Shown one piece after another: positions 37,230 to 51,000 of a stretch of 64,000 bases of DNA. Made by a program: the position numbers and the translations under genes. This DNA is from Selaginella moellendorffii (lineage: Eukaryota; Plantae; Lycopodiophyta), in NCBI RefSeq assembly GCF_000143415.4, contig NW_003314291.1, positions 1,344,517 through 1,408,516 of the forward strand. Reading direction: 5' to 3'. A model generated the notes under the pieces. That model saw nothing but the letters and a program-made list of their open reading frames with translations, was not told the DNA's origin and ran no database searches. The first letter of the stretch is position 1. Each line of letters begins with the position of its first letter.

Positions 37230-39674
37230 TCAGCTGACTTCGTACTTTCTCCACCTCTTCATGAAAAACTTGTTCATGGGGCTCTCGTGAGCATCACCGC
37301 TGCTGCTGCCGTGTTGTTCCAAAACTTGAACCTCTTTCGACAAGCTTTGCACCATTTTCATCTGGTTCTGGCTCTCGGTTTGCTTCGTTCGATTAGCTTC
37401 CTTGGCCACCTTTCGCCCCTGAAACGAAAAAAGTATAATCATCTTGAGTTCGAGCAGTGCAAAACATGGACTTCCGAAGAGAGAACTTACGTCTTGGAAG
37501 GGAAACTCCTCGGCTTCCAACATATGAACAACATGTCCCATTCTCGGCCTCTTGCCAGCGTCGGGATCCACGCACCTCAAAGCGATGAGCAGCGCCCTCT
37601 TGAGAGCTCTTGGCGATGGTTTCTCCTCCAGCCTTGGGTCCGCCACCTCGTCCGATCGTCTACTCCCGACCATCATCTTGAGCCAGTCTACAAGATTCAC
37701 CTGGAATTCTTTTGATGAGATCTAAGTTTCTTTTGGACGAGTAAATACCTCGCCAGCAGGCCTCGCATAGTCGACTGGGTCTCGTCCCGTCACGACTTCC
37801 ATAAGAAGCACACCAAAGCTGTAGACGTCACTTCTCTCATTCAAAAGCCCCGTGTTGGCGTACTCAGGAGCGACATATCTACACACACAAAAAGATTGTT
37901 TGATGATGGATGAGATGAGATTGATTCCAAAGCGATTCATACCACATTCATGACACAAGAGAGGAAATAAAACGAGGGGAAAAGAAAAACTACCAAAGGA
38001 AACCACCATCAAAGTCGAAAGCTCTCTCTATCGGCAGTTATTGACAACATTTGATGCGGGCTATGAAGGAGGCAGGCAAGCGAGCAATCCATCGATCATA
38101 CATTCAAGAGAGGAAACCAGCAAAGCTAGCAAATCCGCTACGAGCTATCCATCCATGCATTCACTCGTCCAGCGTGTTGTTCTTTGTAGCAAAAAGAGGT
38201 TTGCAGCAGTCAGCCAGTTCTCGAGGGGGAGAGCGAGCGAGCATTGAATACGTACCCGAAAGTTCCCATGACTCTGGTAGTTACATGGCTCTTTTCCGAT
38301 CCCAGCAGCTTTGCCAAGCCAAAATCCGAGACTTTAGAGTTCCAGCGAGAGTCGAGCAATATGTTGCTCGCTTTGATATCCCTGTGGACGACCTTGGGCT
38401 CCAGAGCTTCGTGTAAGTAGGCGAGCCTGTGATGAAAGAAAGAGTTTGATATCAATCAATCAGTTCTTTCAAACTTTCTTCTTTGGTTTTGGAGCTTACG
38501 CTTTGGCGGTGCCGAGAACGATCTTCATGCGAGCATCCCAGCCTGGTGTTTTGGATAGGGCCACCGGGCCGTGGAGCCACTGTTCTAAGTTCCCATTGTC
38601 TACGTACTCGTAGACGAGCATTCTAAAGAGAAGCAAACGTAAGAGCACTGTTTGGAGGAGCTAGGCTAGCTTTTGAAAGATGGAAAAAACTTTGTACTGT
38701 CTAATGTATATCACCTGTAGTTCCCTTCCACACAGTAGCCCAGCAATCGCACCAGATTCTTGTGCCTCACCCTTCCAATCGCCTCCACTTCCACTCGAAA
38801 TTCTCGTTCGGCCTGGCCCCTGGCAATGCAAGTTGACAAACTTTGAGCCAAAACCTCAAACTCACAAAAAGAAGAAACCAAGGAAGCTCGGTCTCAATCG
38901 AGAAGAAGTAGAACTTGGAAGAACTCACGAATCAAGGGAAGAGTTTGAGAGGTCTTACTTGTTGTTGATGAGGTTCTTGACAGCCACGAGTGTATCGTCC
39001 GGCAATCGCCCCCTGTAGACGACGCCATAGCCGCCCTCTCCAATCACATTGCCCGGGGCGAAGCCGTTAGTGGCGACATCGAGATCCCGGAGCGTGTACC
39101 AGTGCCCCCACCCCAGATGCGAGACCTCGGGAACCGTGGAGCGCGAATCAATCGACCCAACATCACTCTCAAACGAGCTCCGCCGTGGAGTTCCAGCCGC
39201 CGCAGCTGCCATGAACACACCCCGATCCATCTCCACCACGCTCTCATCCACCGAGACCACTGTGGGAGCTCTGAGATCGTCTTCTTCGTCGTGCTGTTCT
39301 TCCTTCTTCTGTGGAGGGACGACCACACACACTGGCTCGTCGTCCACCACGCGAACAACGAGCTTGTGATCGTCGTGAGAAGGAGGAGGAGGAGGAGCGG
39401 CAGCAGCATTGGGGGCGAATGGCGAGAAGGGCGAGTTGTAGTGATGGCTCTTGTCAATCCGGACCTCCTGGATCTCTTTGGAGACATTGGGGATGTTGTG
39501 GAGAGTGGTGAATGTGTCGTCGATCTTGCGCGATTTGCTGCGACGGGAGCTGAGCCAGAGCGAGAGCAGCAGGATGAAACCGATGAAGGCGCCCACGGCA
39601 ATGCCCAGAACCACCCATACCTTGAGCCCAAACAGAGACGTCTTCTCCGAGAGCTTGTCGTTCAAAACCCCCAT
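37230..39674 (-). CDS. Receptor-like Ser/Thr kinase with N-terminal TM anchor (RLCK-V / At1g01540-like), about 7 exons
   Basis: [16 protein letters not shown] segment; [13 protein letters not shown]; [10 protein letters not shown]; VAVKNL; [11 protein letters not shown]; SDFGLAK; GTFGYVAPEYA; canonical GT-AG junctions. Confidence 0.95.
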
Positions 39675-41129
39675 CTCCAAAATTCGCGCTCGCTGCTGGC
39701 CGCCCGGAGAATCCAGCTACATGGGCGACGACCCAATTGCGCGCTCTGATCGGATCCGCGGCGCCCACTTGCTGTAATCACCCCGGCATGCTGGATTGAT
39801 CGCTGGTACTACGCCCCCTGCCCCAAACAATCCCCTGCTCGCTATCTAGGGCGCGGGTAGTCGATGCGATGTCGATTTGCGAGGAGGAAGTCTGTGAATG
39901 CGGATGCAGCAGAACCACCACCACTCCTGCTTGACAGAGAAATGCAGCCCAAATCTGGCAAGAGCTTGGCAGGCTTTTGGAGTGAATGCTTTGTCTTGGG
40001 CTGTTGTTGTTCTTGCCAGAGATTTGGGATGAGGAGGAGAGGAGGAAGAAGAAGATCTATCAATCGATATAGCCAGGCAGGCCGAGCTAAAGGGCTTATC
40101 TCCTCCTCCTGGAATCGCTAAAGAAAAGAGCTCCTCACCAGCGAGATCTTTGGAGCTAATCGAGACGAGACAAAAGCGAGTAGCAGCAGCACCAGTGCTC
40201 TGTTGCGATCGGTGGAGACACAGCCAGCATGCGAGACAATCGAACAAAGCTCCGAGCTTTTAAGATGGGGAGGATGAACAAAACGCGAAGGAGAAAAAGG
40301 TAATAGCAAGACACTGTTATAGGTTATCCGCCATCGCCAGAAATTGCTCCATAGCTTTTATATATTTCTTCTTTCCTCTTCTCGAGCTTTTGCGAGTGTA
40401 CTTTAAAAAAGCATTGGCCCCTGGTGGGTCGATTGATCGATGGATCGATCGAGCGAGACCAATTACTATAGCTACTTTTAATAAGACTTCGCTAGAATGG
40501 AACGATCACAAGTTTGTTCACTGTCCACCTTGTAGAAGGAATAATCTTGGCCCGTGGCACAGTAGAAAATTCTTAAGTCTTTTCTGAGTTTTCTTTAACT
40601 TCAAAAAAAATAAAAAAGAGTGATTTTCAAAGCTTGAGCTCGAGGCTATGGCTATGGAAGAAGTGAGGTGGAGGTATAGGGACATGTCCCCTGCAAAGTC
40701 CAAGTCTGAATGCCGCCAAAGGTGACCGAAAAGAGCCTTGTTTCTAGAGATTAGAAATTTGTGGGAAAATTGGGATGTATCATCGATCATGCCATGTCTG
40801 ATATCTTTTTGTGAGTTGCCTGCCAACAGGGTTATCTATCGCTGGGAAGTATTAGGGAACAAAACTATAAAGAAACACTACTATAAAATCAAACAAATCA
40901 AAACCAAGTTAGCATTTGACCATGATATATAATTCTAGCACCTTTTCTTGTCATGCTGTGGTCTGCTACCTAAGATGCAGATGCACTCTCAAACGCAAAC
41001 ATACTTACGAACAACACAAGCTTGAAATTGAACTAAAACACAACAATACTTTGTATTTTCTAGATTTAATTAGAGGAGCATTTGATGCTGCACACAAATA
41101 AGCAATTTTTCGCAAATTTGACGCGGCAG

Positions 41130-41455
41130 TGAGCTTCTTGGACTCCATAGTTTCTCATGAGGGTAGTGTTTTCATAGAGACTGAGATGCAGCCTACATAT
41201 GAGTTTCTTGATGCGCAAAGATTAGAACTCAGAATTGTTGACTACTACTACGGATTTGCCTCACAGAATTTGTTTTGAAAGAATATTACTACATGTTTCT
41301 GGGGTCTTCCAGCGCTGAACTGGATGCATGAGACCACTTACATGGATGCAATGCAACCTCACTCACTCATACTCCTGTCCCACTGATCTTGATTATTGGA
41401 TTTGATTTCCTAAGGATGGCTGATCCAAATGCCGATTGTTGTGGAGCATCTATCA
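41130..41455 (+). pseudogene. Decayed EG45/PNP-like paralog
   Basis: gatggctgatccaaatgccgattgttgtggagcatc matches the MADPNA..IVEY end of the intact copies; flanks match the duplication unit. Confidence 0.6.
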
Positions 41456-42129
41456 TAACATCAATCAATAAGTCAAGGAAACAAGATCAAGACACACAAA
41501 CCTTGTTTTGGTTTGAAACAGGGAATTAAGATTGTAATGAAAGAAAGTGCGCTTTGAGAGGCCAGGAAATTGTATAAGATTGTCTGTCGATGCTTTGCTG
41601 AATATGACAAGAAGCCGAGTTCTAGAAAACATTTTTTGTTTCTTAGCTTTGATTTCTTTTCCTTTGTTTTTGTTGGTGGTGGTGACGGTGAGACGGTGAT
41701 CGAGCTGCTCTTGTTGGAGAGTCCAGGGGGTCTTTTCAATCGCATCCCAAACAAGCACGCAAAGATTTGGTGCGGGGAAGAAGAAGAAGAAAACGAGGAG
41801 AAAGAACAAGGATGAAGAACAAGACCGAGACCCAACCCAACACGGTATCACACCGCACGACTAGCGCATTTTCTTCATTTCTCGATCAATTGAGAGAGAG
41901 AGAGATGCTGAGTTTCTTTCAAAACAGCACCATTCTAACAACCTGTTGGACCCAATCTCGCAGGAATTTCGCAATCACAGCTATGTCAGCCGATTCCGGC
42001 ACTGGGTACCTCTCGATGCTACAGCGATTCAACGAAATTCCTTCTCTCCCCCGCGTTCCCGCCAATAGAAAAACTGTGATAAACCCTAAATCCTTTGTTT
42101 TTCTGGCTTCTTAGGGTTTTGGAGAGGGG

Positions 42130-44204
42130 ATGAAGCTGGCGCTCCCGCAGCAGCAGCTCTGGCGACTGCCGCATCGCATTGGCAGTCGGTTCGTCCATTC
42201 GCTGCCGCCGTGCTCTTGCGCAGCACCACAGGGAGGAGGAAGAGGAGGTAGCATTGCGCACTCTCGATTCGTTTCTCTCATTTTTTACTTGAAATGTAGG
42301 TGATCTTCTTTCTAGTGTTCAACAGCCTGCTGTTCCCAGACCGACTCTCACCGATGATGAGCTCCGATTGTTTAAGGAATTGCATCCATCGGTATGTGAC
42401 TTCTTTCCAACAATTCAAAAGAAGGAAAGCCTTAGATTGTCTTCTAGGTGCAAAGTCAGCAGCCAGATGTGGGAGCGTTTCAGCAGCTTCCAATGGTTGT
42501 TCCTGCCGAAGAGATTTTGGCATCCGCATTGAAAGCAGCCAAAAGAGTTCCGCCGTCCAAAGGTGTGATTGAGTTTTTCGCAGTTTATCTGTTTTTCTTC
42601 TTCCCATTTCATCTGTGTTCCTTCACGACGAGCTCACAGCCATCTCAAACATCGCCAAGAGGGAGCGAAACCGCGGAGCAAGGCAGCTGGATGCGTTGAT
42701 GAAGGTGAGCTCCATTCTTTGTTTATGTTGGGTGCGGGAATTATCGGTGTTCTCTTCGCAGGAACTCTCAGTCCCTCTTACGACTTACTTCAAAAAGTTC
42801 CCCAGGAGCTATGAACTACATGCGTATGAGAGGTCGCTTTTAGAGTTCACACTCGGAAAAGGCAAGTACGAAGAGGTACTGTCCACTCGCACTTGGATTT
42901 CACATCTAGTGTGTGTTGTTTCATGCTTGTACTGAAGCAGATCCTTGGCAACGTTTTAACTCTGAGGAAAAAGCTGACTCTGTGCGGGAAGAATATGGCC
43001 TCGCTGTGCTCCAAGGTGAGCTCACGTCGCCTCTCTGGCATTTGCTTACTCTCGTGAACCAACTATTTGATGCAGTCAAGCACCAGAAGGGAGGCTGCAG
43101 ATCTAAAAGATGAGGTGCTCTTTCTTTCTGCTCTTGGATAAAAGTCTTACCACCACTTGTGCAGGGATTTCACGAGATGACTGTTGTGTTCCACGAGCAC
43201 GTTCAGTACCTTGAGGATCTGAAAGAGACAGCTAAGGTTGACACCTTTGATTGCATTTATAGCGGGATCAGAGAATTTACTAGGTTTACAGACTCTCAGG
43301 AAGCTCCCGGTTGTCAATCCTCGCGACCCAATTCTATGCCTAGTCGGAGCTCCGAATGTTGGTAAATCCTCTTTGGTGCGGGTGCTCTCTACGGGAAAGC
43401 CAGAGGTTGGAACTTCTTTTTCGGTTTTTGAGTATGTTTCGCTAACTGGGTATCGACCATGCAGGTTTGTAACTATCCATTCACAACAAGAGCTATTTCC
43501 ATGGGTCATATAATGGATTATGCTTTTTCTTACCAGGTAAGGTGTAAGAACGGCTTTTTATACAGTCCAAGCGTCACCAACCTGATTTGTTCAGGTTACA
43601 GATACTCCAGGTCTGCTCAACAGGATTGATGGTGCGACTATAAAACTTGTCGTTTCACTTTCCTCTTCGCTCTGTTGCTAACAGCATTGTATATAACCAG
43701 CGGACCGAAACGACATGGAGAAGTTGACTTTAGCGGCACTAGCTTATCTCCCAACGGCTGTTTTATACGTGCACGACCTTACGGGAGAATGTGGTACTAG
43801 CGTGCAAGACCAGGTAAAAGCTGGAAATTTTAGTTCATGGCCGGTACTTTACACGATTGCGCAATGAACTTGCAGTTTTATATCTATAAAGAAATTCGAG
43901 GAAGATTTCCAAGCCGGCCTTGGATCGCCGTGGTGTCTAAGGCTGATCTCCTGCTCTTCGTGATGGCGAAGAAGTGGATGAGATTGTGCGGTACAAAACT
44001 AGTGGACCACCTGGAGCGCTAGGGGTATCAGTGGAGACAAAGCACAACGTTTCCGAGGTAATGTTCTATATCGAAACGTTTATAAGCAAGAAAAGAAACT
44101 CACGGAGTTGGCGCTTATTGCAGCTGTCATCGAGGGTTTTGGAAATGCTGAGAAGTATCTCGGATCAAAGTAAAGAGAAAGCCGCTGTGGATGAGGAGTC
44201 ATAA
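42130..44204 (+). pseudogene. NOG1-family organellar GTPase (PDE318-like), copy 1, frameshifted near the 3' end
   Basis: LVGAPNVGKSS, NYPFTT, DTPG, HDLTGECG, SKAD. A 10-nt deletion (gaagtgccag) at about 43953 relative to copy 2. Confidence 0.8.
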
Positions 44205-44414
44205 CATTATCCACCGCTCGTCCTAGCAACCATTCAAGCAAAATGGAGCTAAAGCTGTGAGTTTTCGATTTACTCAACACGAAATGATTTAAGCCTTTTA
44301 AGAAACTACTATACAGGTGAGTTTTTATCCGCAAGACGTGCCTCTTATAAATACTATGGTCGGATAAGGCTTGGCTGGCTGCTCTTTCGCTGCTAACTGA
44401 CAGAAGCTCCTCTC

Positions 44415-44645
44415 ATGGCGACATCAGCAGCACTCTCCATCTCCAGCGGCACTGTTGCGTCGAGCTCGTGTCACGTAGGCGCTTACAGCAGAGGTTCAGT
44501 GGTGGATGACCCTTGAGTTTTTTGCAGGTGCCCCGAATGGGATGGAGTGGGATTCGTGAGGAACACTGGTTCAAAGCTGACCGTGAACGCTGCAAGGAAG
44601 GATAACACCCAAATCGCGTTGCAATGGACGCCGAAAGCTTGGTAA
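44415..44645 (+). pseudogene. Internally deleted FIP-like zinc-finger copy
   Basis: Same start as 63255, but lacks the TM-coding segment and has disrupted CxxC motifs. Confidence 0.85.
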
Positions 44646-44951
44646 GTTTTCTTTTCTTTTACAGGTTAGGTAGTAGAGTTTTGAGGATTGGATCGTCGAT
44701 CATGCCATGTCTGATTTCTTCTGTGAGTTGCCTGCCAACAGGGCTGGGAAGTATACGAGTGTTAGTTGAGAGGGCCAGAAAAATCAAGACAAATCAAAAC
44801 CAAGTTAGCATTTGACCATGATAAAGAATTCCCACTCTCAAACGCGAACATACCTATGAATTAATTAAAACAGGTGATTTATTTAGAGGGTGTCTTCATT
44901 TGTCGCTCTAGCATTTGATATAGCACACACAAGCAAACCTTTGGCGATTGA

Positions 44952-45194
44952 TCAGCATCCATTGCAGCGGCCACGGCCGCATTGGCATCCGATTCCACAG
45001 TAATCGTCGGTGTTACCACAAAAGCCATACTTGCTGCAACACAGAGAGCCGGGACAATTGCGATTGCCCACATCTTTGCCACAGCAAGGCCCATTCTCAC
45101 ACGGGCCAGCGGCGTGAACGATTCCAATCTCGCCGCTCACAATCAACCATACAAGCAGGAGGGAGCAAACCAAAGCTAGCTTCTTGAATTCCAT
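44952..45194 (-). CDS. Secreted hevein-like chitin-binding peptide (80 aa, 12 Cys in mature part)
   Basis: Hydrophobic signal peptide; [19 protein letters not shown] chitin-binding signature; TATA about 40 nt upstream. Confidence 0.9.
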   Translation of the reverse strand: MEFKKLALVCSLLLVWLIVSGEIGIVHAAGPCENGPCCGKDVGNRNCPGSLCCSKYGFCGNTDDYCGIGCQCGRGRCNGC

Positions 45195-45231
45195 GAGGAC
45201 TACCTAGAACTCTTGTGTCCGAGGTACACAT

Positions 45232-45285
45232 CGTATATAAACCCCTAGAATGACCTGGACTCGACCTTGACCTGACTTGACTAGC
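45232..45285. promoter_or_regulatory. TATA box + clustered W-box cores in the 248-bp divergent promoter (duplicated at about 59845-59895)
   Basis: tatataaa; TGACC, TTGACC, TGACT and TTGACT within 35 bp. Confidence 0.55.
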
Positions 45286-45442
45286 CCGGACTTTGAACAC
45301 GACCGTGGCCTTAACGCATACGTCAACAGCGTATGAAGACCGTATGTGCAGACCTGACTATAACTTGCGTGGGAACGTGGAGTTCCTCAGGCCAAAAGTT
45401 TGGGCTTTTGCAAACTCGAGCAGAGTGAAGATAGATTGATCA

Positions 45443-45905
45443 ATGGAGCTAAAAGCTGCAGTTTTGCCTGTTGTGCTTGTGCTTGGAATGATACTTCACG
45501 TTGCAATGGCTGCGCAAGGAACCGCAACGTACTATGACTCTCCATACACACGTAAGTTGATAATTTTTGTGATTCCATCCATGCATGATCCCCAATTTTC
45601 TCTTTTGCTTTGCAGCAAATGCCTGTGCGGATAACAACCTTCCAGCTGATCATATGTTTGCAGCAGGCAGTGCTGCGATTTACATGGGCGGCAGCGGCTG
45701 TGGAGACATGTACACCATCAAATGTGTTCGGCAGAACAACCAGGGGCCCTATGGTTGCACCAACAATCCTGGTCCTTACACCATCAAGATTGTGGATTAC
45801 TGCCCCGAGGGTTGCAATGGGACTTTTGATTTGCCTCACGAGCTGTTCCAGAAGATGGCCGATCCAAATGCCGGCAACATCATTGTGGAGTATCAGAAGA
45901 TTTGA
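45443..45905 (+). CDS. EG45-like / plant natriuretic peptide-like secreted DPBB protein, 2 exons
   Basis: Signal peptide; GTATYY..PY..AC; GSGCG..Y.IKC; VKIVDYCP..C..TFDL..F.KMADPNAG.I.VEY; intron 45552-45615. Confidence 0.92.
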
Positions 45906-48029
45906 CTTATATAAATCCCACAAAGGATGGTGAGCAAGAGCGACAAAGCAAAGAAATAAGAATGTAATAAAACTTGGGAAGGGACAACCAGGTTCTAGAA
46001 AGCATTTTTTTTGTGCTTTGATTTGTGTTTATTTGTTGTTGTTGAGTTGCTCTTGTTGGTAAGTCCCGGGGAACTTTTCAGTCCCATCCCAAAAGAGCAC
46101 ACAAAGATTTCTTGCAAGGAAAAAGAAGAAAGCAAGGAGAATCACAAGGGTAAAGAACAAGACCAGACCCAATGCAGTATCACACCTTTCCCTTTTCTAG
46201 TAGAGATGCCAAGTTTCTTTCAATACTGCACCATTCTAACAACCTTTTGGACCCAATCTCACAGGAATTTTGCAATCACAGTGATTGTCACGTGATTTCG
46301 GCACTAGGTGCGATTCAATGAAATTCCTTCTCTCCCCTGCTTTCCTGCCAATAGAAAAACTGTGATAAACCCTAAACCCTTTCTGTATTTGGCTTCTTAG
46401 GCTTTTGGCACTATTCAAAATCAAGCCTTTTTTATGCATTGGATGTATAATATCTACTTCAGTTAAGTGTTTTTTTTTTTTTTGTCACTTGCGAGTCAAT
46501 ATCACAGGTGTAGAGTTTTACATCAAGAGTGCCTTGCACTAGTATTGGAAAATTTATGCTTGGCCATATTTGGAGTAAACCATTAAAAAATTATTGACTT
46601 TTCTAGATTTTTAGGGTAAACATGTATTTAATTTCATTTCATGGCAACATTACATATGATTTTATTGATAGTTCGTTCATTCCCATTAATCAAAGGTAAG
46701 AGCATGAGTGGCACACATACAAGATTTATAGTGCACATTCCCACCACTACCCAAGCAAAAGTGGGTAGTTTCTCCTAGGCAAGTAGGGTTTTTGTTTCGA
46801 GCCTGCAAACCATAAAGGATTGGTTATGCAAACTTGATTGAACCATAGACATTATGTAGGAAACACCTCACGAGCACATAATTAGTCACTCAATGTTCTA
46901 TAGTCAGCATAGCTAATAATCCCACAAGACACTAGCCAACTACTCAATTTGTTAAGATCCACAATGGGACCTCAACTCCAATGCCATCCCACCCATAGCT
47001 CTCAATTACATTTGAGTAAACAAAGCACTACTTAACGTTGCATATGCTGCAATATAATGTGGAATCTCTAGCATGTTTCTTGCTCCCCTCCTTCTTTGGA
47101 AAACAGTAGCTTAAGCATATGATCTAGATGCCTTAGGCCTATAGTGGTGTCTAGTTTGTAGACCAACACCAACTATGCTAATACAAGCCCATCTAGTGCC
47201 ACTCCTAATAGCCCATCTACACCTACCACTACTCCATTGACCATATCAACTATCACAACTTCATCTATTAATACAAATGCTACTACTTGGCCATCTACCT
47301 CCTAGAGCAACAAGCAGCCTAACTTAGTGAGTTTTTTATTGGTACCCACTTTTTTTCCATGTGTTTTTTTGTGCAAAGTGAGTTAACAATACTACCACAC
47401 CACTAGGCTCATAATTCCCCATTAGCATTTTACAGCCACTCCCAAAGGTTATAACTTGTTTTTTTTTTCTTGGGACTGATTTTCTTTTTTGTTGTATCAG
47501 ACTCATTCACCACTTGTTGTTAGCAATGCATACCTATGCTAATAACAATCAACAATCCTTATTCATGTTGTCATGGATGTTATGGCAACTAGTCCAAAAT
47601 CATTGGTGGCATTTCATTGTTGACACCCTTGGTCCTTTGGCCATTCACCATAACCTCTATTACCAAGTGGATTGCAATCCCTAAAACTTGCATTTACATT
47701 TCAAAAGAGAGTTAGTGGTGAATGTGATGGAACTTGATGAGTTAACAGTGGACCTTCCAAAAGTGTCTTATATAAGGTGGTTTATACTTTAACATTTCTT
47801 TCTACCTTGATATAGTTCAAGATGTGATTTTACTATTGCTCCAAGCTTCAAGAATCAACCTTCATCCATTATTATCATAAAAGTGTTTATTTAGTGTTTA
47901 AGGTAGTTCAATAACAATCAAGTTTATGCTAAGGCTGCATAATTTGACATTAGCTCTATTTAGTCTTATGTAAACCACAAATTTTTCCTTTCCAATTTGT
48001 TAACTTACATTGTCTATCCGACTAACACC

Positions 48030-51000
48030 TGTAAGCGACTAATTTTTCCATTCTACTTTAGTCACTTAACCACACCTCCGACCACTTGGAGGAGTCTCAT
48101 TCACAACCTCCATAAGCCCAACTCAGGACTTGGGGCTTGCTAGCCCCGAGAATGGCATCCATGCCACTCAACCTTAGCACTTGGTCCAAGTGCTTCACGT
48201 GTCCGATCCCATGATCGACACCCCAAGGTACCACCGACATATCGGCCCGTTACGCTAAGGCCATGCCCATTTACCTTGGTCACACTGGTGGTCCAACACC
48301 ACCTACATTCCAATCCCGTCTCTCAAAGACTGGGTCATCCATCCATGAGTGGTCATCCCAGATCCACTCCTTAACATCCTTAGGATGCCTACAGACATGG
48401 GGAATAGCCTTCCCCAATATCTCCGTTCCGGTCCCCACCAGGTCCCTTTCTGTCCTTGGCTGTGTTTGCCAACACTGCCACTAGATCGAGGCCCACCGGC
48501 CCGACCACTAAGTCCCACTATCCTCTAGGACTTCCTCACTGTGTGACTGTGTCCTTGGTCACCACACCGGAGGGCTACCCCTCTTCCTTTCCACAATCTG
48601 GGACTTTGGGACACCATTTCGGAACACCGTGGCCTTACGCAAGCCTCATGGGTACTCTCCCCGCCTTTCGTCTTTAGGTGCTCTAGCCATGGGCTTAGAG
48701 CGAGGTTCCGTTGAGCCACACCAGGTATCCAAGTAGGTAGTGCCACCCACACTTGGACTGGGAGCATCGGCCAGTCGATCTCCCGAGGGAACTAGAGCCG
48801 GCTCTTGAACACTTCACCAAGCTACCCCGCTTGTCGGTCTGTGTTCACTCTAGTCTTGGACTTCCCAGTGGGCAGCTCATCACCCAACACTGGGTCCGGC
48901 CTTCCTGGGCCAAACTGGCCTTTCCTGGCCAAACTGGCCTTTCCTGGCCAAACTGGCTCCACTGCAGTCCTCCCCCTTACTATACTTTTGGAGCTCACCA
49001 AACCCCCAAGGGTCTGGGAAACGAACGCTTTGGGCTTTCACCCTCTCAGGCTCCGAACTCGGACTCGGACTCGGACTCGGACTCGGACTCGGACTCGGAC
49101 TCGGACTCGGACTCGGACTCGGACTCGGACTCGGACTCGGACTCGGACTCGGACTCGGACTCGGACTCGGACTCGGACTCGGACTCGGACTCGGACTCGG
49201 ACTCGGGCTCGGGCTCGGGCTCGGTCTCGGTCTCGGTCTCGGCCTCGGTCCCGATCTCGGTCCCTATCTCGGTCTTGGTCCCGGTCTCGGTCTCGGTCCC
49301 GGTCCCGGTCTCGACTTCGGACTCCATCTCGGACTCCATCTCGGACTCCATCTCGGACTCCATCTCGGGTCCATCTCGGACTCCATCTCGGACTCCATCT
49401 CGGGTCCATCTCGGACTCCATCTCGGTCTCCATTTCGGGTCCATCTCGAGTCCACCTCGGACTCCATCTCGGACTCCATCTCGGACTCCATCTCGGGTCC
49501 ATTTCGGACTCCACTTCGGACTCCAACTCGGGTCCATCTCGGGTCCACCTCGGACTCCACTTCGGACTCCATCTCAGACTCCATCTCGGGTCCATCTCGG
49601 ACTCCACTTCGGACTCCAACTCAGGTCCATCTCGGACTCCACTTCGGACTCCAACTCGGGTCCATCTCGGACTCCACTTCGGACTCCAACTCGGGTCCAT
49701 CTCGGACTCCACTTCGGACTCCAACTCGGGTCCATCTCGGACACTCCCACGTGCCATGTGTTGGTCCTTTTGGGTCCCTTTTTGGAGCCTCGCCTTTTGC
49801 TCGCTTTGTGCTCGTTCCTCGAGCACTTCGTTGGGAGTTCCACTCCCGCTCTTGACTTTTCAAGTCAGAGCTTTTGGTCCAAACGTGATACGCTCGTTTG
49901 GCTCTCGCTTCGGCCACTACCATGTGGCGCCCTTCCGGCTCCACTTTGGGGCCTAGGGATTTTGTGTCTCACAACTCCACCACCCATAGACGAAGTTCGA
50001 TGTCCTCATCGAACGGTGAACCATTTTATAAAGTAACACCTGCATGTGTTACCATTTCCATCCTTGGCGCGTAGCCAATATTTGTCAATGGTGTGACATT
50101 GAAGGCTCACCATGCCTTCTCCATATTCGTCAACGGTTGGACATTGAAGGCTCACCATGCCTTTTGCATATCCTCTAAGGAGGGTAGTCTCTCCAACTTA
50201 GAGACTGATTGGACCACATATAGTGGTTCTCTCCTTTTATTGGTTTAGTTTTCGCTAAACCTCTTAGAGACCCTTCTCTAAGTCAATCCCACTACTCCTT
50301 CTCGAGTAGTCTCAATTTCCATCGATATAACCTTTGCACTTTGGAACTTTGAATTTTGACTTCTTGGAGTCAATTTCCTAGGTGTCTCCGACACCTTGCC
50401 TTGCACCTTTTGTGCAACTCCACTTCCCATCCTAGGAAGTTCTCTACTCGAGGGCACCATCATCCTCTCTTCTATTTCGTGCCAAAGTTCCAGTTATCAT
50501 ACTTTGTGCTAGGGCTGTTCATGGCCCTATCATTTGGCTACCTTACCGCTCCCTCCCTTGGAGCTTCCACTTTCGCCAAATCGGAGCATTTCGGAATCCC
50601 TCCTTGGAAACACACTTCCTTTCCCGCAACTTGTTAGCGTCCAACACATTAGTGTTCCTCGCCTAACTTTGTCACTTGGATTCCTTCCAAGGGATTCCAC
50701 GGCCCTATCTTGGCCACTCATCTTTTGCTCCTATCCATTGATTGTTGCACCAAGCAACATCGAATCTCTACCTCCCTTCTTGAGGTATTGTTTCGGTTCC
50801 ATAGCAAAGACTCTTCTTTGCCAAGTCCGGAGGATGTTCACCCCTAGTACGTCTCTTTAGCATCTTCTGCTATGGGCTCTATCCACGGCCCAACTTCGTG
50901 ACCCTCCCATGGGTCTTTTATAGAGACTACTTTCCTCGGACTCACTATGCCATCGCACGGACATAGTTTATTTCCCTTAGGTGCTCTTCCCACTTGGTCA

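Noticed and set aside
48753-50036. Long SD/RT/ES-repeat ORFs (Sdr-like or SR-like proteins), also at 16.2-17.2 kb and 54.8-55.9 kb
   Set aside because: They are by-products of a stop-free hexamer repeat inside LTRs and are open in nearly all frames.
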